64,000 bases of DNA from assembly GCA_963796725.1 (NCBI GenBank), contig CAWCMT010000001.1, positions 161,405-225,404 on the forward strand. The letters are read 5' to 3'. A program made the position numbers and the translations under genes. This document shows, piece after piece, positions 20,558-32,262 of this stretch. Position 1 is the first letter of the stretch. Each line of letters begins with the position of its first letter. Source of the DNA: an uncultured Actinomycetes bacterium (GTDB lineage Bacteria > Actinomycetota > UBA4738 > HRBIN12). The notes beneath the pieces are model-generated. The model did no database searches, was not told the origin of the DNA, and saw only the letters and a program-made list of their open reading frames with translations.

Positions 20558-20596
20558 ACGCGGGGGGCGGCCCGTCATCGGGCCGCCCCCCCGCGT
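20558..20596. terminator. Strong GC hairpin (16-17 bp perfect stem, 4-nt loop) between convergent genes; likely a bidirectional intrinsic terminator.
   Basis: ACGCGGGGGGCGGCCCG tcat CGGGCCGCCCCCCGCGT. Confidence 0.6.
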
Positions 20597-20613
20597 GCGT
20601 CTACCTCGAACCC

Positions 20614-21633
20614 CTAGCTGGAGCTCTGGGCCGCGAGCCCGGCATCCACCCAGGGCTGCCACACCTGCGGGTTGTCGTCGATCCACTTCTGCGCCGCGTC
20701 CTGCGGTGTCTCGCCGTTGGCGATCCCCAAGCCGATGACGTTCTGGTCGTCGTTCGTGTACATCATCGCCGACAGGAACGCGAAGGCCGCCGGGGCCTTC
20801 GTCTGCAGATCCGAGTTGAACGCCTTGTAGAGGTCGTCCTCCGGGTACGCGCATGCGTACTTCGTCGTGTCGCCCGCAGCCGCCTGCTCACATGCCGGGG
20901 TGACGTCCGGCAGCTTGATCATCGTGAGGTCGTACTTCTGCTGCGCCCAGTGGGGCGTCCAGAAGTACATGAGGATCGGGGCCTGCTTGGCATACGCGGT
21001 CTTGAGGGCCGTCAGCTGCGCCGCCTCCGAGCCCGCGTAGACCACCTTGAGGTTGAGCCCGAGGTTGTCCGCGATCGGCTGGTCGAACGTCACGAAGCTC
21101 GGGTCGCCGTCCAGGATCTGACCTGCGCTACCGCTCTCAGCGGTCTTGAAGAGGTCGGCGTCGGTCTTGAGCCCCTCCCAGGTCGCGAGCTCGGGATGGT
21201 CCGTGAGCATGTAGGTCGGGATCCACCAACCGATCTGCCCGACCACGCCGAGCTTGCCGCCGTCCACGACGCCGTTGTTGCCCTGGATGTACTTCTTGTA
21301 GTCCTTCGCGTGACCCGAGGGCCAGACCTCGAGGGTCGCGTCCAGCTGGCCGCTGGACAGAGCCGGGAACTGGGCATATTCGTCGATCTTGGTCGTCGCG
21401 ACCGTATAGCCCAGTTCGCTCTGCAGCAGGTCCTGCGCCACCGCCACGTTGGCGTCGGACCCCACCCATGGGTTGATCGCCAGGTTGATCGTGGTGCCCG
21501 AGTTATCAGGCGCCGCCGAACCCGACGCACCGCTCGCGGCGGAGCTGTTCGATTGCACGTCACTGCACGCGGCCGCGAGCAGCGTGAGCGCGCCCAAGGC
21601 CGCGGCGACGCCCACCCATCGATGCTTCATCAT
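20614..21633 (-). CDS. proX: Glycine betaine/proline betaine ABC transporter substrate-binding lipoprotein (ProX/OpuAC-like).
   Basis: It has a lipoprotein signal (MMKHRWVGVAAALGALTLLAAAC) followed by an OpuAC-type domain. Confidence 0.75.
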   Translation of the reverse strand: MMKHRWVGVAAALGALTLLAAACSDVQSNSSAASGASGSAAPDNSGTTINLAINPWVGSDANVAVAQDLLQSELGYTVATTKIDEYAQFPALSSGQLDATLEVWPSGHAKDYKKYIQGNNGVVDGGKLGVVGQIGWWIPTYMLTDHPELATWEGLKTDADLFKTAESGSAGQILDGDPSFVTFDQPIADNLGLNLKVVYAGSEAAQLTALKTAYAKQAPILMYFWTPHWAQQKYDLTMIKLPDVTPACEQAAAGDTTKYACAYPEDDLYKAFNSDLQTKAPAAFAFLSAMMYTNDDQNVIGLGIANGETPQDAAQKWIDDNPQVWQPWVDAGLAAQSSS

Positions 21634-23579
21634 CCGTCCTCCTCTCGTTGGAGCCCTTCTTCATCCGTACCTACGAGCGTGGGCATCCCCGAGGACTCCG
21701 CGGGCGCCCGCGACCCGGCCACCCTTCGTGGGGCCTGACCCATCGCCTGCGTGATGCGGTCCATCACGATCGCGAGCAACAGGATCGCGATGCCCGCCAC
21801 CATCCCGGTGCCCGGGTCGTGCGACAGCCCGTTCACCACCAGGTAGCCCAATCCCTCGCCGCCGACCAGGCCGCCGATGATCACGACCGAGAAGACCATG
21901 ATCACGGTCTGGTTCACACCCAGCAGGATCGAGGGCCGCGCCAAGGGTACCTGTACCTTCCACAACGTCTGCCAAGGCTTCGCACCGAACGCGTCGGCTG
22001 CCTCGACGATGTCCTTGGGCACCTGCCGTATGCCCAGGTCCGTCAACCGGATCCCGGGCGGCAGCGCGTACACCAGGGCAGCGATGACGGCGGGGACGCG
22101 CCCCACCGAGAACAGGGCGACCGCCGGCACGAGGTAGACGAATTGCGGCATCGTCTGCATCGTGTCCAGGATGGGCTTCAGGACCTGCTGGACACGGTCG
22201 CTACGTCCGGACCAGATGCCGATCGGCACGGCGAGGGCCACCGCGATCACCACCGCCACGATGACCTGACTCAGCGTGTTCATGGCTGGGTCCCACAGCC
22301 CGATCACGCCCACCGATCCGATACAGACGAACGCGAGCACCGGCAAGGTCCAGCGACGCGAGACACGCCAGCCGATCAGCGCCGCGAACCCGCACACCAT
22401 CCACCACGGGACGTTGGTGAGCAGCTTGTACAGCGGGTCCAAGAGGTACCTGATCATGCCGGTGGTGATGGCGCTCGTGATCCCGCCGAACGTCGTCGTG
22501 ACCCAGTCCACCGCCGTGTTCACCTGCGAGGCGAACGAGACGGTGAGCGACTGCGGGAAGTCCTGTTGCTGCAGGATCTGGCGGCCGAACATCACACCGG
22601 CGACGCACACCACGACCGTGAGCACCAGCGCCAGCCGCCGTGAGACGGTCCATCGGAACAGCCGCGTCTCCTTGGAGCCGCGGAGCTCCCGGCCCCGCCG
22701 GCTCCAGGCGAACGTCACCCGGTCCAGCACGATGGCCATCGCCACGATCGCGAGTCCGCCCATGAGGGCGGCACCGACGTTGAGGAGGTCGAGGGCATCC
22801 AGCACGACGCGCCCGAGCCCGCCGAAGCCCACGGAGGAGGCGATCACGATCAGGCCCAGCGCCATCATGATGGTCTGGTTGACCCCCAACATCACTGAGG
22901 GCTTCGCGAACGGAAGTTGCACCTTGCGCAGCAGCTGCCGGTCGGTGGTCCCGAACGACCTTCCGACCTCCAACGCCGTGTCCGGCACCTGGCGGATCCC
23001 CAGGCTGGTAAGCCGGATCGCGGGGGGGATGGCGAAGATCACGGCGGCTACCAGGGCGGGCGGAACCAGGATGCCGAACAGCAGCACCGCAGGCACCAGA
23101 TAGGAGAAGGCCGGTATCGTCTGCATGGCGTCCAGCACCGGACGGAGCGCTCTGTCAACCCGGGACCGACGGCCGGCCCAGATCCCCATCGGAACACCGA
23201 TCGCCACCGCGATCGCCACCGCGAAGATCACCAGGGCCAGCGTCTCGATGCTCGGCGCCCACAGCCCCAAGGCACCCATCACCAGGAACCCGGCCGCTGC
23301 GACGATCGCCATCCGCCAGCCGGCGAGGAAGCCCGCCAGGGCTGCGGCGGTCACGACGACGCCGAACCACGTCATCCTCGACAGGAAGAGAACGGTCTGA
23401 TCGAACGTGCTCTGGATCCACTTGCGGAGCGGGATCAGGAAGTACTCGAAGATGGGGGAGGTGTTCTGGTTGTTGGTCACCCAATCGTTGAAGGCGTTGA
23501 ACGGCTTCGCCGCCTCGACGGTGAGACCCTTCGGGAAGCCGCCGGTGAGCTGCAGGCCGATGATGACGACGACGATCAC
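21630..23579 (-). CDS. proW: Glycine betaine ABC transporter permease (ProW-like) with tandem-duplicated transmembrane domains. The true start may lie upstream (126-nt gap to proV).
   Basis: The 649 aa product has two repeats of the ABC TM EAA-type region (..LGVNQTIMMALG.. and ..LGVNQTVIMVFS..). Confidence 0.7.
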   Translation of the reverse strand: MIVVVIIGLQLTGGFPKGLTVEAAKPFNAFNDWVTNNQNTSPIFEYFLIPLRKWIQSTFDQTVLFLSRMTWFGVVVTAAALAGFLAGWRMAIVAAAGFLVMGALGLWAPSIETLALVIFAVAIAVAIGVPMGIWAGRRSRVDRALRPVLDAMQTIPAFSYLVPAVLLFGILVPPALVAAVIFAIPPAIRLTSLGIRQVPDTALEVGRSFGTTDRQLLRKVQLPFAKPSVMLGVNQTIMMALGLIVIASSVGFGGLGRVVLDALDLLNVGAALMGGLAIVAMAIVLDRVTFAWSRRGRELRGSKETRLFRWTVSRRLALVLTVVVCVAGVMFGRQILQQQDFPQSLTVSFASQVNTAVDWVTTTFGGITSAITTGMIRYLLDPLYKLLTNVPWWMVCGFAALIGWRVSRRWTLPVLAFVCIGSVGVIGLWDPAMNTLSQVIVAVVIAVALAVPIGIWSGRSDRVQQVLKPILDTMQTMPQFVYLVPAVALFSVGRVPAVIAALVYALPPGIRLTDLGIRQVPKDIVEAADAFGAKPWQTLWKVQVPLARPSILLGVNQTVIMVFSVVIIGGLVGGEGLGYLVVNGLSHDPGTGMVAGIAILLLAIVMDRITQAMGQAPRRVAGSRAPAESSGMPTLVGTDEEGLQREEDG

Positions 23580-23705
23580 GCAAGCGGCCCAGACTCGCCC
23601 TGCGCCGCCAGGGGTGGGGCTTGCGGTGCGACGTGCGGATCCCGCGCGCCTCGGCCTCTTCGACCTCGAGCTCGCCGAGCCCGGAGGACGGGGCCTCGAC
23701 GCCCA

Positions 23706-24731
23706 TCAGCCCTGGTCCTCGACCATGGCGGCCAGGACGGCTCGCCGGTCCACCACGCCGATCTGTCGCTCACCATCCACCACCCGGTAGGGGCGGTCGT
23801 GGTCGACCACCATCGGCAACAGGTCCCGTACGATCGTCGTGGAGGCGACGTCACCCGCGTAGTCGGCGTCACCGTTGGCCGCCCGCATGATCGTGCGAAC
23901 CGTGAGCACGTGCGTGCGCGGCACGTCCCGCGTGAAGTCCGACACGTAGTCGTCTGCGGGATGCGCCACGACCTCCTCGGGCGTCCCGACCTGCACGAAC
24001 TGCCCGTCCTTCATGATGGCGATGCGATCGCCGAGCTTCAGTGCCTCCATGAGATCGTGGGTGATGAAGATCATGGTCTTCTTCACGTCTTCCTGGAGGC
24101 GGATCACCTCGTCCTGCATGTCGCGACGGATCAAGGGGTCCAGGGCGCTGAACGGCTCGTCGAACAGCATGATCTCGGGGTCGTTCGCGAGGGCGCGGGC
24201 AAGCCCGACGCGCTGCTGCATACCTCCGGAGAGCTCGTCGGGGAACGACCGTCCCCACCCGCCCAGACCCACGGTCTCCAGCACCTCACGGGCGCGCTCG
24301 ACGCGATCCTCCTTCTCGACCCCCTGGACCTCCAGCCCGAACCCGACGTTCTCCTCGATCGTGCGATGCGGGAGCAGCCCGAAGTGCTGGAACACCATGC
24401 TGATCTTCCGACGGCGCAGCTCGCGGAGCCGTTCGGGGTCCATCGCCACGACGTCGTCGCCGTCGACCAGGACCTGCCCGCTGGTGGGGTCGTGCAACCG
24501 GTTGATCATGCGAACCAACGTGGACTTGCCGCTGCCCGAGAGGCCCATGACCACGAAGACCTCGCCGACCCCCACGTCGAACGAGACGTCGCGGACCGCC
24601 GCGACGCAGCCGGTCCTCTCCAGCAGCTCCTGGCGTGAGAGGTCCGCCTCCGGCGAGCCGACGATCCGCTCCGCCTTCGGTCCATAGACCTTCCAGACGT
24701 TGCGGCACGCGACGGTGATCGCCTCGTCCAA
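23706..24731 (-). CDS. proV: Glycine betaine/proline ABC transporter ATPase (ProV/OpuAA-like) with C-terminal CBS domains.
   Basis: It has Walker A (GLSGSGKST), an ABC signature (LSGGMQQRVGLARAL) and a CBS pair. I propose a TTG start at 24731; an alternative upstream TTG lies at 24818. Confidence 0.75.
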   Translation of the reverse strand: MDEAITVACRNVWKVYGPKAERIVGSPEADLSRQELLERTGCVAAVRDVSFDVGVGEVFVVMGLSGSGKSTLVRMINRLHDPTSGQVLVDGDDVVAMDPERLRELRRRKISMVFQHFGLLPHRTIEENVGFGLEVQGVEKEDRVERAREVLETVGLGGWGRSFPDELSGGMQQRVGLARALANDPEIMLFDEPFSALDPLIRRDMQDEVIRLQEDVKKTMIFITHDLMEALKLGDRIAIMKDGQFVQVGTPEEVVAHPADDYVSDFTRDVPRTHVLTVRTIMRAANGDADYAGDVASTTIVRDLLPMVVDHDRPYRVVDGERQIGVVDRRAVLAAMVEDQG

Positions 24732-24790
24732 CAGCTCCCCCCTCTCCCCAGCTATCCGACCGGTGGATACTGGGCGCGCCGCGGCGTGCA

Positions 24791-24808
24791 CGCAACCCAG
24801 GGGTTGCG
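24791..24808. promoter_or_regulatory. Perfect inverted repeat CGCAACCC-ag-GGGTTGCG in the divergent proV/betA intergenic region. I propose it as a candidate operator.
   Basis: It was read directly from the sequence and shares a GTTGCGG/CCGCAAC core with the 17175..17216 element. Confidence 0.35.
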
Positions 24809-24852
24809 GAGTGGGCAACCTACTCGTGCGCGCGGGCCGCGGGGCGGGCTAG

Positions 24853-26544
<1,692 letters not shown>

Positions 26545-26548
<4 letters not shown>

Positions 26549-26961
26549 CCGACACAGGCCGCTTCCACCACGTGACGCTCGCGGTCACGGACCTGGACCG
26601 AAGCGTCGCCTGGTACACCGAGGTGCTTGGGATGGAGCGCGTCGCCGATCGGCAAGGTCCAGGTTGGACGCGGGCGCTGATGCGGACCGACGATGGCCTG
26701 ACGATCGGCCTCACGATGCACGAGGACACACCGTCGACCGACCGGTTCGACCATCGGCGGGTCGGGATGGATCACCTCTCTATCGCCTGCGCGGGCCCTG
26801 CCACGATCGAAGCGTGGCGCGAGCGGTTGGATGAGGCCGGGGCTGCGCACGGTCCGATCGAGCATGTGTCGTACGGGGTCGTCTTGACGGCACGCGACCC
26901 CGATGACATCCCGATCGAGTTCTTCGCCCCGATGATCGACCCTGTCCAGGGCGGGCGCTAG
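26545..26961 (+). CDS. VOC/glyoxalase-family protein.
   Basis: [29 protein letters not shown]; it forms an ATGA overlap with the betA stop. Confidence 0.6.
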
Positions 26962-27809
26962 CTGGCGAGTCCAAGCAGCATCAGGCCGGCGACGGCCACG
27001 CACGCTCCCACCAGCTGGTTCGTCACGGGTCGCTCGTGCAGGAACGCGATGCTGAGTCCCACCGCGATGAGCGGGAATATCGCCGAGGCGGTAAGCACGA
27101 TCGACAGGGATGCCCTCGTCGCTCCAAGGGCGAAGGCGAAGACGCCGACCATGTCCGCCAGACCCGTGGCCGCGGCCACCCCCGTCCCGGCGTTCCACCC
27201 GATCTCCGACAGTTGACGCGATCCCAGAACCGCGAGTCCGCCGAAGCCCACCATCTGGGCCACTCGCGAACCCCACATCGCGGTCAGCGCCCCGACGTGT
27301 TGGGCGGCCCAACCGAGCGTGAAGCCCCCGATCCCGAAGCAGAGCGCCGCCAGCAGCGCCCACGGGAGGCCCGGCGGTACCCCGTGCGTACCGGCACGCA
27401 GCTTCGCGAGGTCGGTCGACGCCAGCATCACGCCGACCACCGTCACGGCGATCCCGAGCAGCGTGAGCGGGGTCGGCCGCTCGTGGAGGATCACGACGGA
27501 GAGGACCACCCCCACCACCGCGTAGCCGGCGCTCACCGGCGAGACGACGACCATCGGTCCCAACTGCAGCGCCTTGTAGTGGGAGGCGTACGCCGTCGCC
27601 GAAGCGACGCCGTTCAATCCGATGACCCAGCCGACGGGCGAGAGTTCCCCGACGGTGTGGCCGGCCGCCACGAACACCGCCGTGACGACGAGCGCGCTGA
27701 GCCCCTGGGACACCAGGACCGTCGGCAGGCTTCCGAACCTGCGGCCGGCGACGGCTCCCCCGTAGTCGGCGCTCCCCCAGCCGAGCGCCGCCAACAGGCC
27801 GAAGATCAC
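26958..27809 (-). CDS. EamA/DMT-family transporter.
   Basis: The 283 aa product has about 10 TM helices and two EamA-like repeats. Confidence 0.6.
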   Translation of the reverse strand: MIFGLLAALGWGSADYGGAVAGRRFGSLPTVLVSQGLSALVVTAVFVAAGHTVGELSPVGWVIGLNGVASATAYASHYKALQLGPMVVVSPVSAGYAVVGVVLSVVILHERPTPLTLLGIAVTVVGVMLASTDLAKLRAGTHGVPPGLPWALLAALCFGIGGFTLGWAAQHVGALTAMWGSRVAQMVGFGGLAVLGSRQLSEIGWNAGTGVAAATGLADMVGVFAFALGATRASLSIVLTASAIFPLIAVGLSIAFLHERPVTNQLVGACVAVAGLMLLGLAS

Positions 27810-29909
27810 ACGGAGCGCGCTTCCGCGAGGGCGTCGACGGCCACAGCGCCTCGTTCGTCCACCAGCAGCGGGTTGGCCTCCAGCGAGGTGATCCGGTCAC
27901 GGAGGTCGTACGCCGCCCACGCGATCCCCTCGACGGCCTTCGCCGCCGCCCGGAGATCGTGGTGCATCGGATCGAGCCCGCAGCGCCCCGCCTGCTCACG
28001 CAGGTACGCGAGCGCCTGGGCGGCCGTGAGGGGGCACGGAACGAAGACCGCCTCGCCGGCCTCGGCCAGCGCACCTCCGGGTCGAACCGTGATCATGGGG
28101 CCGTAACCCTCGTCCACGACGACCCCCACCAGCAGCTCAGCGCCACTCACCATCTGCTGGACGAGCACGCGCGGTGACTTCGCGTCGGCTCGCCGCGCCG
28201 CCTGGAGTACCTCGGCCGCCGCCACCTCTACATCGGTGGGATTCGTGAGTCCGAGCCGGACGCCGCCCAACTTCGCCTTGTGCGGTAGCTCTGGCGCGAG
28301 CGCCTTCACGGCCACGGGGAACCCGATCGTCCGCGCGAAGGCCGCCGCACCTTCCGGCGTGCCGACGGCTCGCTCGCCGGGTCGTCGTACGCCGTAGAGC
28401 TCGAGGATCTTGGCGGCGGCTGCCTCGTCCACCGGCCCGCTCAGACCGCGGAGCACGCGAAGGGCCTTCGCGCGGTTCGGGTGTGCGCTGCGGCGGGCGG
28501 TGGCCCGGGCACCGGCGGTGCCGAACTCCACCAACGCCCTGATCGCGCCGCTCGAGGCCCTGTGGCCCTGGAGGAACGGCAGCTGCCTCCACCGCCGCGT
28601 GAAGGCGATCGCCTCCGGGATGTAGGCGAGCGGGGCCAGGGCTACGCTGGCGAACACCACTCCAGTGGTTCGCTGCAGCTGGACGCGCCTTCGTCAGGAC
28701 GTCGTCCGCCCAGGGCGCCTCACCCGCGATGCGCGGGGGGAAGGCGTCGAAGGCGATCAGCCCCACCGACGGATCGTCGGCGAGCGCCTCCAGCGCGGCG
28801 CAGAACATATGGGTCTCCACGGCCGCCTGCCCCGTGACGTCCAGAGGGTTGTTCTGGGAGGCGTAGTGGGGCAGTGCCTTCCTCAGGCGCCGCTTGGTGG
28901 CCGGGGCGAACTCCGGCAACGTCAGCCCCGCACCCCCGGCCGCCTCTGCGAACAGTGTGCAGGCGCCGCCGGATTGCAGGGCTGCGGCCACCCCGGGTGA
29001 CCGCAGCCTCCTACGATGGCTCAGCAGCAGCGCCGCCTCGAACATCGTGACCGGGTCCTCGACGAGCACGACCCCGTGGCCCTTGAGCCACGCATCGCGT
29101 AGCGCGGTGTTCCCGGCCAGCGCGCCGGTGTGTGCCACGATCGATCGGCGCGCGGCCTCGCTGCGACCCTCGGGAGCGCAGATGAGCACGGGCTTGCGAG
29201 CGTCGCGCAGCGCCTGGAGGCCCTGTCCGATGCCATCGACGTCGCGCATCGTCTCGACATAGCTGGTGACCACCTTCGTCTTCGGGTCGGCGGCGGCCCA
29301 TGAGAACAGATCCCCCAGGCCGAGCACGGCCTCGTTGCCGACCCCGAGGATGATGCGTAGGCCGACCCCACGATCCGACGCCATCTGGTTGATGGCCCAC
29401 GCCACGGTGCCCGACTGCGAGATCACGCTGATCGAGCCCGGCACCGGGTTCGCCGGTGGGACCGTGCCGTAAGGTGCAACATGGTCAACGTAGTTGACGA
29501 ATCCCTCCACGTTGGGCCCGAGCATGGGGATCCCCGTTCGCCGCGCCGCCGCGGTCAACTCCTCCTGGAGCGCCCGGCCCTCGTCCCCCGCCTCGGCGAA
29601 CCCCGATGACACGACCATGATGCCCTTCACGCCCACGCGGGCACAGTCGTCGATCATCCGCACGACCACGTGCGCAGGCACCACGAACACCACGAGGTCG
29701 ACGCCGTTGGGTAGCTCGGCGACGCTCTTGAGACAGGGGCGACCCCAGACCTCTTCGTACTTCGGGTTGATCGGATAGAGCGTCCCCGTGTAGTCGAGGT
29801 GCCGAAGCGAACGCTCGATCTCCGGCGCCCACGAGTCGGGCGATTCGGAGGCGCCCACGATCGCGATCGACCGGGGAGCAAGCAGGGGTGTCAGGTCGCG
29901 CCGCTTCAT
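27806..29909 (-). pseudogene. NDP-forming acyl-CoA synthetase (acetate--CoA ligase, ADP-forming family; fused CoA-binding plus ATP-grasp domains), with one frameshift near 28660.
   Basis: The N-terminus has a CoA-binding pattern (IAIVGASESPDSWAPEIERSLRHLDYTGTLYPINPKY). The ATP-grasp part continues in another frame (27806..28660). Confidence 0.7.
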
Positions 29910-30739
29910 CCCTGCTCACCGCGGAACCGCGCGTCTCGCCACGCGATCGCCGCCTTCAGTCCCTCCTCCTGCGTGATGTGCCGGAACTCGTCGCGAGCCG
30001 GGAGGTTGGCGGTCTCGATCATGACGTCCAGCTCGGTGTTGGCGGTCATCGCCGCGCGGAAGCCTGCCACGTCCCACGCTCGGTTCAGCGCGCGCTTCGT
30101 GGTCTGGATCACGAACGGTTCGTTCTTGGCGATCTCGTTCGCGAGCGCCAGGGTGGCCTCGTCGAGCTCCTCCGCCGGAACCACGCGGTTGACGAGACCG
30201 ATCCGCAGGGCCTCGTCGGCGGAGATCCGGTCCTCGCCCGTGAACAGGAGTTCCTTGGCGGTGCGAACCCCAACGACCCACGGAAGGAACATCGAGACAA
30301 CCCCTGATCCGAAGCGGATGTCGACATAGCCGTACTTCGCGTCGTCCGACGACACCGCCAGGTCGCACGCCAGCATGAGGTCGGTCCCACCTGCGAGGCA
30401 GTACGAATGCACCTGCGCGATCGTGGGCTTCGGGCAATCGATGAACTCCAACATCCGCGCCGTGCTCGCCGCGAGGCTCCGATGCCAATGCGCGGCGTCC
30501 ATCTCGCCTTCCTCGGCATCCTCGTTCAGGTCGTAGCCAGCGCAGAACGCCCGCCCGGCGCCGCGCAGGATCACGACACGGACGTCGGGGTCGTCGCCCG
30601 CAGCACGGATCGCCTCCGATAGCCCCTGGATGAGGGCGCCGTTGAGGGCGTTGAGGGCTGTAGGACGGTTCATGGTCATGCGGCGGACCGGCCCGAGATC
30701 CTCGACCAGAACCGCGGGGGCGTCGGCGTGCTCACTCAC
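29906..30739 (-). CDS. Enoyl-CoA hydratase/isomerase family protein.
   Basis: The crotonase fold is indicated by VLVEDLGPVRRMTMNRPTALNAL...GAGRAFCAGYDL. It has a GTG start at 30739 with an AGAGGG ribosome-binding site, and an ATGA overlap with the downstream gene. Confidence 0.65.
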   Translation of the reverse strand: MSEHADAPAVLVEDLGPVRRMTMNRPTALNALNGALIQGLSEAIRAAGDDPDVRVVILRGAGRAFCAGYDLNEDAEEGEMDAAHWHRSLAASTARMLEFIDCPKPTIAQVHSYCLAGGTDLMLACDLAVSSDDAKYGYVDIRFGSGVVSMFLPWVVGVRTAKELLFTGEDRISADEALRIGLVNRVVPAEELDEATLALANEIAKNEPFVIQTTKRALNRAWDVAGFRAAMTANTELDVMIETANLPARDEFRHITQEEGLKAAIAWRDARFRGEQG

Positions 30740-30845
30740 GGGTATCCCTCTTCCTCGGCTCGACGGAACGTGCCGCCCGGATGCTAGCAACGTCGCGCCG
30801 CGGCAGTGAGGCTCCGACACCCTGGACACCCTGGACCCGGAACGA

Positions 30846-32072
30846 TCAGGCGCCGACGAGGGTCAGCACTTGCTTGGCAGCCCTGATGCCGCTGCGGAGC
30901 GCGCCCTCCATCGTGGCGTAGTGCTCACCGCCGGCGGTGTGCTCGCCCGCGAACACCAGTCTGCCGACGGGGACGGCGCCGTCGTCGCGGCGCACCCACG
31001 CCGCCGCGTCCCAACTGGAGTAGGCACCAAGGGTGTACGGATCATCCTGCCACGCGTACATCACGGGCTCCCCGATCGTCGAGACCTCTGGGTTCATCCC
31101 CTTCACCCGCTCCAGCCAGGGATCGACCCGGCCCCGGTCGAGCCCCAAGGAGGTCATGGCCGCCGGTGAGCCCGCGAACGATGCGATGCACCTGCGAGGC
31201 GCCCCGTCGGCGCCGTTGGCTCCCCACGTCCACATGGACAGCTCGGTGCTCTGCCGCGAGAGGGGGGGCGGACGCCCCTTGGTGGCGACGGCGAACTTGG
31301 CCGCGACCCCCAGCGTCACCGCCTCCAGGAAGGAGGCCGAGCGCTCGGGCAGGGTGGGCTCGTAGACGATCCGGGCCGCGATGGGCGCCGGCACGGCCAC
31401 GATCACGGCATCCGCACGCTCCTCGTGCGACCCGATGGAGACGGTCACGCCGTCGTCCTCACGCCGTACGGCCCCGACCGCTCGGCCGACCTGCACGTCG
31501 CCGAGCTCCTGGGCCATCGACTCCGCGATGCGCTGGTTCCCCTCGCCCACCCGGTGGTACGGGCCACCCCCGGGCGCGAACGCGTGCTCGCCATCGGTGA
31601 TCTGTAGGGTGACGCGCTCCAGGTCCTGCGCGCACGTGCCGGCGAGGCGGGTCTTCAGGACGTGGCGCGCAGCATCGGAGCCGGACACCCCGTCGAGGAA
31701 CCCCCCGAGGCTCGCCCCGGCGGCGGCCTCGGGAGCGATCTCCTCCCGGGCACGGTTGGCCGCCACGAGGAACGCGTCCTGCTGCTCGAGCGTGATCGAC
31801 CCCGGCCCCGTGGCCTCACGTCGCCTGTAGTCGGCACCGGTCTCCGCCAACGCCAATCCGAACCTCTCGGCGACGCTCCTGAGTTCATCGTCGCCGGGCA
31901 TGATCCACTCCGCCCCGAGCTCGACGATCGCACCGTTCTCGAGGGTCGTGGACCACACGCGCCCGCCCACGCGTTCCCGTGCCTCGAAGACCGAAACGCG
32001 CACGCCCGCATCCTGCAGCGCCAGTGCCGCGCGCAGGCCCGCGAGCCCTGCCCCGACCACGAGCACCTTCAT
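30846..32072 (-). CDS. Flavin-containing amine oxidase (putrescine/monoamine oxidase family).
   Basis: The ATG start gives MKVLVVGAGLAGLRAALALQDAGVRVSVFEARERVGGRVWS, and the C-terminus carries a flavin amine oxidase motif (FAGEHTAGGEHYATMEGALRSG). Confidence 0.75.
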   Translation of the reverse strand: MKVLVVGAGLAGLRAALALQDAGVRVSVFEARERVGGRVWSTTLENGAIVELGAEWIMPGDDELRSVAERFGLALAETGADYRRREATGPGSITLEQQDAFLVAANRAREEIAPEAAAGASLGGFLDGVSGSDAARHVLKTRLAGTCAQDLERVTLQITDGEHAFAPGGGPYHRVGEGNQRIAESMAQELGDVQVGRAVGAVRREDDGVTVSIGSHEERADAVIVAVPAPIAARIVYEPTLPERSASFLEAVTLGVAAKFAVATKGRPPPLSRQSTELSMWTWGANGADGAPRRCIASFAGSPAAMTSLGLDRGRVDPWLERVKGMNPEVSTIGEPVMYAWQDDPYTLGAYSSWDAAAWVRRDDGAVPVGRLVFAGEHTAGGEHYATMEGALRSGIRAAKQVLTLVGA

Positions 32073-32262
32073 CGACGTATCCCCCTGTGTACGCACATCG
32101 CCAACTAGCTCATGTGGGTCGTCGCGTGCCAGACTTGCACGACACGGGGTGCGGATGATACTCAACCGCAGCCGCGTGGCATGCGTCGAGCGAACGGTCC
32201 GCGAGGCACGGGGAGGAGATCCATGAGGGAGCGCGGTCAGGGACTGTCCAGGACGAGACTTC

